Shown here piece after piece: positions 54,090 through 64,000 of a DNA stretch of 64,000 bases. This DNA is from the human T2T-CHM13v2.0 reference genome, Homo sapiens: assembly GCF_009914755.1 (NCBI RefSeq), contig NC_060927.1; one strand, written 5' to 3'. Within the stretch, counting starts at the first letter, position 1. The number at the start of each line of letters is the position of its first letter. The position numbers and the translations under genes were made by a program. The notes under the pieces are model-generated. The model did no database searches. It had not been told where the DNA came from and worked only from the letters and a program-made list of their open reading frames with translations.

Positions 54090-55870
54090 GAATTCATTCA
54101 TTCATAGGTCTATGGTACAAATACTTATTGAGTCTCCTTCAGTGGCCAGGCCCTGTGTTAGGCATTAGAATTCAACAGTGAACAAAATGAAGATCGCTGC
54201 ACCACAGCACCTATGTTCTAGAAGTGGAATGGATGATAAACAATAAGCATAATATACAAGTTATGTTTCATGTTGAAGATTGGTAACTGTTATAACAAAT
54301 AGGGCATTGCAGGAGGGAATTGAGAGAGAAAGGGACAGGGAGTGGTGGGCATGCCAAGAGCAGATTCCCACAGAAAGTAGGTTGGTGAAGGTAGACGTCA
54401 TTGAAAAGAAGTTTTGAACAAATGATGAAGGGGTAGCCAAAAAATCATCTAGTGGAATTGAGAAGCAGGTAAGGAACAGGCAGTACCAACTGCCCTCTGG
54501 CAGGAGTGGGACTTATGTCTTTCAGGAACAGCAAGGAAGCCACAGTGGCTGGAGCAGAGTGAACAAGGAGGAAATCAGAAAGTTAGTGGGGGAATAAGAT
54601 TATGTAGGTCCTTGTAGCCAAAGTAAGAATTTTTATGTTACTTGGAGTGAAATGTAGAGCAAATTTTGAACACAGGAGTGACATGATCTGGACTACATTT
54701 CTAAAGACCCACTCTGGCTATGGTATTAGAGACTCAGGTGGCAAGTGGAGACACAGGAAGGACAATGATGAGGCTTCACTGGGAATCCAGGCAAGAGACG
54801 AAGGTGCATGGACTGGAATTATGGAGGTGATAAAGGTGGACGGGACATGGGACATGGTCCAATTCTGGATGTATTTTGCAGGTCAAGCCACTAGGAGTTC
54901 TTTTTGGGTTAAATATGGATTGCACAGGAAAGAGAAGTCAAGGAATACTGTCTGAGCAAGTAAGCAAATGGCACTGCTATTGATTAAGGGTAAAACAGCT
55001 TTGGTGATGGAAGAGTTAAGTGGTCTTGGAGGTCAGTTTTGGTCATGTTAATGTTAAGGTGTTATTAGGCATCTGAGTAGAGATGACAAATAGGTAGTTG
55101 AATATAGAAGTCTGAAGTGCAGGAGAGGGATCTGTTATTTCATGCCAGAAGGAGTGGGTGAGATGGAAATGACAAGGCCAAGAGCCAAGCCATGGGACAC
55201 TCCAGCATTAAGAGTTTGGAGAGAAGGAGGGGAACTATAAAGCATCTGAGAAAGAGAAACCCGTGGAGTAAAAGGAAATCCAAGTTTGATGTCCCAGAGG
55301 CCACATGGAGAAATGGACCAAAGAGGAGATTGTGATCAACTCTACCCAATGCTGCTGATGGGTTAAGTAACATTGGATTGGAGCTAGCTTGAAAGAGGGG
55401 AATCAGAGATAGAAAATATACCTCTTTAAAGACCTCTGCTGGACCAGGGAGCAAAGGTCTAGGAAGGGAGTAGGCAGGACAAGCGTGGTCGGGAGAAGGG
55501 TGTCTGGGGTTTGGTTTGGTTTAGTTTTTAACATGGGAGAAATAACAGCATGTCACATGTTTGTAGGTGAGACTGATCCAGTAGAGAGGGAAAGTTGATG
55601 ATGGAGAGGAAAAAAGAAAGAATTAGTGAGCCATGCCTGCTCCTATACTGGTGAAGGGGTGATCTAGATGAGAACAGGGGAAATTTAACTATGATAACAG
55701 GCAAATAGGCAAAGTATGTGGGAGTAGAGGCTAGTAGGTGACTGTATGGGTTAATGATAGCCTGTTAATTTCTCTCGTTGTTGATCCCATTTTTCTCAGT
55801 GGGAAACAGGCAAGCAGAGTGAGAAGGGGATGGGGAGGGATTGTTGGGAAGTTAGAGAAGAGTGAAGGGT
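54090..55870 (-). mobile_element. Long L2a fragment (~1.8 kb)
   Basis: ATTCATTCATTCA..AAATACTTATTGAG 3' end and purine-rich body; minus ORF 55140-55454 retains LNPSAALGRVDHNLL, similar to L2 RT LDLSAAFDTVDHSLL. Confidence 0.8.
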
Positions 55871-57439
55871 TGATGGGCAGAGTGTGTGGTGGACGGGGAG
55901 GTGCCGTGTGCTCGCCTGGCAGCAGGAAGGGTCCACCTGAGGCTCCTGGTTTCCTGGAGGCCAGAGTATCTGAAACATAGCTCTTCACTGGGAGAACAAC
56001 CTGGGCTGGTGGCAGGGGAATAGGGCAGGCCGGGGCGTGTAGGATTTGCTAAATCTGGGCAAAGCGTTTTGATTTTACTCCAAATGAATGCTTAAGAAAA
56101 TTATTTAAACTCTTTCTACCTCTGCATTCCACTTTTGAAAAAATAAAGTAAGAACACATAAATTTTCACCTCCAAAATTCTTGACCCTATGAGAAAGTGA
56201 GAATTAATTACTAAGTGTTCATTAAACTAACAGCTCACATCTCCTGATTATTAAGCATCTGTCAAAAAGTAAAATTTTGCACCCATACATTTTTCCCTTT
56301 TATTCTTTGAAAAGCCTTCAGCTTGTCTTCAATATCCTGATCTTCAAACTGTCCTCTCTTTCTGGAATTTGCTTTACGAACTCAAGTCTAAAATCTTCCA
56401 CAAAGGAAGCAAACATGGGCCAATCATTCAGCTTGTATTTCTTGAGCAAAGATCATAATCCTGGCACTGTGAACTTATTTTTGGCAGTTTTTGAATACTT
56501 TGCAGGAATATGAAGGTTAAAAGATTAAATGTAATTTTAGTGAAATTTGATGGGCAAACCCAAAACCAGAAATCTTTCTTGGTCTTCTGGATTGATATCA
56601 AAGCTGGGATTTATCTTCTGCAGGGATTTTATTTTTCCTCTTTTTTTGTTTCTTAGTATTTTCAGGTGAAGTTACTTTGTCCTTTTGTGAGAATGCTGAT
56701 CACAGCATCATTATAATAGAAAAAAATCACAAGCATTCTCTATACCCCAAAATCTTGGAATCATAAAATAAATTATCCATGTGATGAAAAATGCACAATC
56801 TTATAAAAATTCTCATTTTGAAGACTATTTAGTGACATGGGAGGAATGTTCATGTTGTAAGTGAAGAACATATTAGAATAAAATTTTACTATAATTTCAA
56901 TTTCTAGGTGAATGTGCTTTTTTATTTATAACCTGTGATATAAGATATCATAACATTTTTGGCAAAACAGTGATTTTTCTCAATGTAGTATGACTATGGA
57001 TGATTTGTTTTATTTCCCTCTGAAACTTTTTTAATTTTTCTATAATGAACATGTATTCTTTATATGATGAAACTGAAATTATATTAAGTAAGACACCATG
57101 ATTTTTCTCATGTCTAGAGAGAATTGGTGGTTGAAACAAATTCAGTGTTTTTCTCAGTAGAGTGGATCCCCATTCCCCACTCATAGGTGGTGTCTAGCAG
57201 AAAAACCAAGGGCTACCATATAGGAGCATTAGTTCCTTGAGCCACTTTGGGGTGAATAAACAGTAATCCCCTAGATTTAAAGTTACGGAAAAATAATATA
57301 GAGGAAAAGAACTGATTGCAGTTTGGGTGCAAAACATAAAGCCATATACCAGGCCTTCAATCTTGTAAAGTGATAAATAGCCCTGTCCTTTCTCTGTAGA
57401 ATGCGTTAAACATTTGTTTAACAAATATTTTAGGGTCTG

Positions 57440-57690
57440 TTATTTATTTGACACACTTATATAGCACTTGCTATGTGCCAGCACTGTTTCTAAGTGCTTT
57501 ATATGTAACTCATTTTAATAATCCTCGAATCATCTTCACCATGTAGACAGCATCTCTGTATTATTGATTAAAAAACTGAGACACAGGGAAGTTACGTAGG
57601 TTACCTGATGTCCCACGCTAAACAAATGGCAGGGTTGAGATTCAGACCCCACAGTCAGCCTCCATAGTCGGGTTCCTGCCCCACACCATG
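57440..57690 (-). mobile_element. MIR
   Basis: AGCACTTGCTATGTGCCAG..CTAAGTGCTTTATATG..AAAACTGAGACACAGGGAAGTTA. Confidence 0.8.
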
Positions 57691-57853
57691 TTGCCTGGCA
57701 CTGCACTAGCCTCTTGGTTTAACTCATTACTAAACAGCAGCATGTACCAAGTCTCTGACTTTGGGAACATGCAGTCTCATAGGAAGACCCATCAACAGTC
57801 ACACAAAATAAATGATTACAAAAATTATGACATTTAATAAACTTAGGAAAACA

Positions 57854-57922
57854 GTGTGTGTGTGTGCGTGCGCACGCATGTGCGTGTGCACGTGCACATG
57901 TGCACATGTGCACGTATGCACA
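57854..57922. repeat. 69-bp uninterrupted alternating purine/pyrimidine tract with a 26-bp palindrome
   Basis: Read directly; ACGTGCACATGTGCACATGTGCACGT (57890-57915) is self-complementary. Confidence 0.9.
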
Positions 57923-59199
57923 AAAAAAATGAGGTTGTTGCATTTTAGGAAATGATAGGGTGCCTCTCTTGAGCTCATTCGTCTTCCTCCTCATGGCCAT
58001 TACATACAATCAAGGTGTAATCTACTGGAGGTTGTTCAAAAGAAAGCAAAAAGGAAAACCTCACCACTTTTAATACTTGTTACAGATCAAAGCCTATGAC
58101 ACCCTCTGGGCTTTCAGTGGAGGGGCAATGTGGATCAGCGTGAGCATGGACATAGGAACTAATTTCTCCCTTGAAAAAGAATCAAGGGGCAAACACATAT
58201 TTGAGCAGAAGTGTGTATCACTATTGGATACTCTCCAGTAAGCTGCCAATATCTCCCACCAGCATATATCCTTATACGTTTCTATTGTCCCCTTTGGGTG
58301 GGAAAGGGATGAAAACACAGTATAAGGAATAATTGTAGTTTGAATTTGTGATTAATTTTTTTGAGCATAGATTTATAAATTTTGATGGTATAGTCTATGG
58401 GATTTGGAGGTTTGTTTTGTTTTTGTCTTTCAGCAGAGAAAGGAAAGATGTCTTTAATTGGAAGCCAGACCTTGCTTGTGTGGGCGGGATAATGTGAACT
58501 GTACCATCCAAATCATTTTTTTTTCTTTTTTAAGTTTCTATATGTGTATGATATTTTGGTTTGGACACATTGATGTAACATGTGGGAAATCTTTTCATTA
58601 TGAAATCTCCTTTGAGGTAAACTAAATTTCAGTTTCTGGAATAAAGTTCTCTGGAGAGCTCTATTCACATGTTTCACAGGTTTTACAGAAATCGCATGTC
58701 TAGAATACAGCATCTTCTCAGCTGGAGGGATACCAAGTGGACATCTCAGATCTAGGCAGAATTTAATCCCAAGACAACAGAGCATCAAACCACAGATGCC
58801 ATGTGGACTGGATCCCACCTTTGAGGAACTAGGGACTGCTTCAGGCACTGCCACTTATTTAGCTGAACATCCTAGGAAAGCAGCCAGTGATTCCAGAACC
58901 TCAGAAGACTGTGTGTACTCATGTGCCAGTGGGAGTCTCAGTCATTCCAGCCCTGCTTCTGGGGCACATGTGCAAATTTGCTCTCTCCTCAACATAGTGG
59001 CAGGTAAACTTCGTAGAGCATCTGCCAGTTTCTCACCCTGCCACCTTGATCTACCCCGTGGGTCTCTTTCAATGAGGCCCTGATCTCTCAGTCCCAGTTG
59101 ACTAGACAACCACACTGGAAGGAGTGAAAATTTGTAACAAATTTGACTTCCATCAATTCCTTTTCTGGGTGACTGAAATTGAGAAGCAGAAAAAAATCA

Positions 59200-59525
59200 T
59201 TACTTCATGAGAAAATAACTTATCTGTAAAATTTGGGAGTTGTTGGGGACCATCTTCTGTTTGCATTGCATAACAAATAAAGTTGTTTCAGCAGGGGAAG
59301 GAATTGAAGTAGAGTCATGGAGTCAACCAGCCATGAGAGGTGGGAAAGGCTCCTCTGTAGGTTCCTCTGGGTCTAGTTCTTTCTGAGGCCTAATAGATTC
59401 TTTGCTCAGGAATCCTTGGGACACCTTTTATGCCTTTTCCTTTTCTCATTTGCTTGGTTGGTTGGTTTTGCTTTAAATTAAGCTTGATTGCTGTTACTTG
59501 GAACTGAAGAGTCTTAGCTAATATA
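59200..59525 (+). mobile_element. Old MLT1 (I/J/K-like) LTR remnant
   Basis: 3' end CTGTTACTTGGAACTGAAGAGTCTTAGCTAATATA resembles CTGTCACTTGCAACC.AAAGAGTCCTGACTAATACA. Confidence 0.55.
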
Positions 59526-61489
59526 GTGGCTTTAATAATTCAAAGAGAATACTCACTATAGTCACATACCACATCCTTTGGAACTAGATGCATTGGATAT
59601 CATGCCCACATGCCTGGTTATAGATGGGCACACGGATCACCTACTCCCATATTAAAGTAGCAAAGATATCAAGTGGGGAAAAAAGAAAGAAAAATGCAAA
59701 GAAGTTTTAGTTTGAGAAAAAGTAGCAGGCATTTCCTAGAAATAGCTCTGACCCAAACCCAGCCAGAGCAGATTCAACCGGAGGGATATAAACAGAAATC
59801 ACACCCTGACTGCTATAATTAAACTAAACTAGATGTTAGAGGAAATTCTTCTTTGTGAAAAGCAAAGAGTCTCTAGAATGGTTCGGTCTTCCTAAGCACT
59901 TAGGCAAACGATTATCAAATTTGTGGTTTGCAGGCTGAAATATTTTTCAGACCAAGCTGATCAATGTAAAAATAAAATTTAAGAAATCCTTTTTATCAAT
60001 GCTGAAATAATGCCCATGCTGAGGTTATAAGGGGTCAACAGTATTAGATGTTTCCTGGAGACTAGAGTCTCCACCCAACACATGTCTTAGATAATCAAGT
60101 TCAGTATAGCCTTTGTCATTATGCTTTTGTCTTAATAGTCTTGTATGTTAATAGACCCTTTAATCTATCTTTTATCTTCCTACTTGGTGTCTGATTGTAC
60201 TATTCATATGTAGGAATATGAGTCCCTGATAACTTTAAGAGGATTAATATAAAGGAAATGGACTTTATTAATTTGGATTTGTTTTATTAGCATTCTACAG
60301 TTTGATTTGAATGAGAATGTCGAGAGAGTCTTGTTTGCCAAGCAGAGGTAAAAACAACATAAAATGAAATAAACTGAACCTCAATGTATTATTGATAGAA
60401 CACGAAGACACTTTCCACAATATTACTTTAAGTACAAAGGTCCTTGTATAAGACAATAGAGGAGAACAAAGACACTTTTAATTTATTTTTCCTGACTGCT
60501 TTTAGTTCTTTGGCAGATATTTTAAGCGAAGGGCATACTCTTTCTTTAAAGGAAATTTAGAGAGTAAGATACCAAAATATACCAGACAACTATATTGAAA
60601 TATTTACCATTTGTTGATTTGGGACATAGAGTGAATGACAGATTTCAGCATAATATTTGCAGAGGGAAAAAGAGAATTTTCCATGAGCATCTAGAATGTT
60701 GTTTTGCTTGGGTTTATGCAAAAAATACGTCTGAGAAAAATGAAAATTAATCTTGGAGAGGAGGAGAATTCCTCTGAGAATATAACCATATAATGTCAAC
60801 AGAACTTTTGAAGTGATTAGCAGTAAAGAAATAAGATTGTGGATGGATATTTTTTCAATATAATTTTTGCAAAATGAATTGAGCTCTTTTGTAGAATGGC
60901 TAAGTGACAAAATGGGTGTGGTCCTGGATAAGTCCTTAAAATACATACACGCTGTGTGCGTGTTTGCATATGCTTCTCTTCTACCCTCATCTTCTCCCCC
61001 ACCCCCATGGTTTGATAAATTCAGTAACTGGTTATAGATTTGGAGATTTTCCCTGTAAAAGTCATTTTGAGTAAAAGCATATGATTAGCTAAAATCACTG
61101 GCAAGCCAAAGAACAATAAGTGGGAAAGAAACCAATTGGAAGTTTTCATTTTTTTCTTTCTTCCTTCCTTTCTTTTTTTTGAGTTTTTTCTTTAGAGTTT
61201 GAGAGTTCTAGCAAATGGAATAAGGAACTTGTTCATTAGTTGAATGGAAAATGTAATAACAGAGATGGTCAATCAATATAAGAGTTAATCTACTTGTTTA
61301 GTAAGAGAAGCTCTCCCATGTAAGAGAACTATTTTAAGATTGGAGGAGTAAACTAATATCCCAAATGTCTCAAAAGTATGTTTATTTGATGGAAAGATTT
61401 TATTTAATATGAGATCCAGAAATACTGATTCTAGGAAAACAGGTCTAGGCACTCTGGACATAAAAATCTATCTACTTATTTATAAAGAA

Positions 61490-61712
61490 AGCTTTAGTGG
61501 TCTTGTAGAATAATGCAAGAGCATCCATTTATAATCAGACAATACTGGGTTTGATTGCTGGTCCTGCCACTCAACATCTGGGTAATAGTGAACAGATGGG
61601 TCTCAATTTTCTTTTCTGCATAATAGATATTAGAATATTATTTATGAATTAAAAATATAATTTACCTAGTACTCTGCCTAGCATATAAGTACTCTCTGAA
61701 AGGAAGCTGTCA
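61490..61712 (+). mobile_element. MIR
   Basis: AATCAGACA..CTGGGTTTGA..CCTGCCACT..TCTCAATTTTCTTTTCTG..GCCTAGCATATAAGTA. Confidence 0.65.
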
Positions 61713-61911
61713 CTATTTCTAAACTTTTTTTTAATCACAAGAGCCTCTTCATCTACGCCAGAACTGCAGCTTTTATCATTGTGTCATTATCAAATGTCCT
61801 GGCTTCATTCTGTAGAGAATGCAGAATTAAATTTTACATTTCACACAATTTCAGTGAATCAGATCATCTTTATCTCAACTAATTCAGCCTCACTTGGTAC
61901 CACCTTCTATA

Positions 61912-62160
61912 TTTTTTCAGGTTTATCAAAGTTTAATTGACAAAATTCTGTATATTTAAACTATACAAAGTGATGATTTGATATATGTCATATACCTTGT
62001 GAAATAATTATCACAAACAATTAAAATATCACCTTACATGGTTACCTTTATTTCTTTTTTTGGTGAGAATGCTTAAGATGTATTTTCTTAGCAAATTTGA
62101 TATATACATTACAGTATTATTAACTATAGTTGTACATTAGATCCTTAGAATTTATTCATG
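61912..62160 (-). mobile_element. L1MA8/9-like 3' end
   Basis: TAATTGACAAAAT..GATGATTTGATATA..TGGTGAGAA.GCTTAAGAT.TA..CTTAGCAAATTT..CAGTATTATTAACTATAGT. Confidence 0.8.
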
Positions 62161-62419
62161 AGTCAAATCATCTTTTGTCACTTCCTAATCTCAATTTACC
62201 TGTCACACCTTCTTCCCTTCACTACATAGATTATACATCCAAAACTCTGGGTCAAACTATTCAAATCAGTTTGGAAATATTTGCAAATTGTTGGCGTAAC
62301 CTGATCTTCAAGCACAGGAACAATTTTTATAGATTAATTATTCCTGGTACCTCTGTGAGAAGAGGATAGGCAGAAATCTATCGTATTTAATGTTAAAATT
62401 CTAGTTTAAATAGTTTTTA

Positions 62420-63300
62420 AAACTTCTAAAGTAGTAATAAATTATTTGCAAAACATGAAAAAGTATACTCATGTACATACTGCTGTTCTTTATCAAATCA
62501 TATTTTACCATATTTCTTTCAGTTTTTGAAGAAATAAAACATTACGGACTTATTTGAAGCCTAATTCCAGCATCCTCCAGAATAACCACTATTCAGAATT
62601 TTATGTCGATCATTCCCATGCATATATTTATAGCACACATATAATTGTATACAAATTTAACATGATTCTTTTTAAATTTTATAGTTGTATTTTACTTTAC
62701 ATAAGATCCCAGTTGTTATTTTTGTTTAATATTTTTAAGATTTATCATATTGATACATGATTTATTTTCACCACGGTATAATAACCTATAGCATGAGTAT
62801 AATGAAATTTATTGGCCCATTCTTCTATTAATTGATACTTAATTTATGCCAGTTTCTCCCTATACCAATGACAATGTGTCCACATCTTCTCAGGTACCTG
62901 CAAAGGTATTTCTCTAAGATGTATTTCTAGAAGTAGAATGATACTCCTCACTTAACTAAAGATATATCTAAAGGAACTAAAAGCAGTCTGGAAAAGGGGT
63001 GAAGGGAAAACAGGATACACACCTTCAACTTTACCAGATATTCCAAAGTTGTTCTCCAGAATGATTGTGACAATTTATATCCCCACCAATGATGTATGAA
63101 AATTCCTAATTCTCCCCATCTATCCTAAAACATGATATCATCAGATTTTTTTACTTTTTTAAAAATCTTGCAAGCATATATTGGTTTATTAATTTGCCTG
63201 ATCCTGATTACCAGGGAGATTAGTTCTCTTAAATATGCTTATGGACATTCATATTATCTGTCTTAAGAAAACTGCATGTCCTTATCTGTGCTTCATTTTC
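62420..63300 (-). mobile_element. Ancient L1MC/ME-like fragments
   Basis: AATAACCACTATTC.GAATTT.ATG; TATTTCTAGAAGTAGAAT; TTCTCCAGAATGATTGT.ACAATTTATATCCCCACCA. Confidence 0.6.
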
Positions 63301-63314
63301 TTCTATAAAAACAA

Positions 63315-64000
63315 CATTTTAACTTTTATTTTAGGCTCAAGGGTACATATGCAGGTTTGTTACATAGGTAAATTGTGTGTCATGGGGGTTTTACGCAGAC
63401 TATTTCATCACCTAGTTAATAGGCATAGTACCTGATAGGTAGGTTTTCGATTCTCTCCCTCCTCCCACCCTCTACCCTCAAGTAGGCCCCGGTATCTGTT
63501 GTTCTTTTCTTTGTGTCCATATATATTGATTGTTTAGCTCTTACTTATAAGTGAGAACATGTGGTATTTGATTTTCTGTTCCTGCATGAGTTCACTTAGA
63601 GTAATAGCCTCCAGCTCCATCCATGTTTCAGCAAATGACATGATCTCATTCTTTTTATGGCTGCATAGTATTCCATGGTGTGTATGTTCCACATTTTCTT
63701 TATCCAACCTACCATTGATGGGCATTTAGGTTGATTATATGTCTTTCCTATTGTGAATAGTGCTATGATGAACATATGCATGCATGTGTCTTTATGATAG
63801 AATGATTTATATTCCTTTGGGTATATAGCCAATAATGGGATTGCTGGGCCAAATGGTAATTCTGGTTTAAGTTATTTGAGAAATCATCACACTACTTTCA
63901 CAATGGCTGAACTAATTTACATTCCCATCAACAGTGTATAAGCGTACCTTTTCCTCTGCAACCTTGCCAACATCTGTTTTTTTTTTTTTTTTTGACTTTT
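63315..64000 (-). mobile_element. L1PA15-like 3' end (runs off window)
   Basis: GGTACATATGCAGGTTTGTTACATAGGTAAATTG..CCCTCAAGTAGGCCCCGG..ACTTATAAGTGAGAACATG; ORF2 C-terminal peptide YPKEYKSFYHKDTCMHMFI. Confidence 0.88.

Overview
This is primate, almost certainly human, intergenic DNA: AT-rich, CpG-depleted, with no CpG island and no recognisable spliced protein-coding gene. It is dense in interspersed repeats (Alu/FLAM, L1, L2, MIR, MaLR LTRs, Tigger and hAT MITEs). The only gene-derived sequences are two same-strand processed retrocopies about 2.3 kb apart. One is a COX6C retrocopy (45545-45973) with an intact 75-codon ORF that resembles non-anthropoid COX6C. The other is a disrupted HMGB1 retrocopy (about 48241-49534) interrupted by a FLAM. 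Notable structures: a five-tier nested transposon stack (L1ME > MER44A > near full-length Tigger2 > two-LTR MSTA > AluY) at 2.1-9.1 kb; a twin-primed L1MA with a fold-back duplication in its 3' UTR; a perfect 21-bp inverted repeat at 26.2 kb; and a repeat-poor block at 20.6-25 kb containing a candidate non-coding exon. From memory and unverified, the pseudogene pair suggests the 3p13 gene desert between MITF/SAMMSON and FOXP1. Repeat subfamily names come from recalled consensus sequences, and boundaries lacking TSDs are approximate. I found no support for a new multi-gene biological system; most ORFs in the supplied track are repeat-derived or chance.
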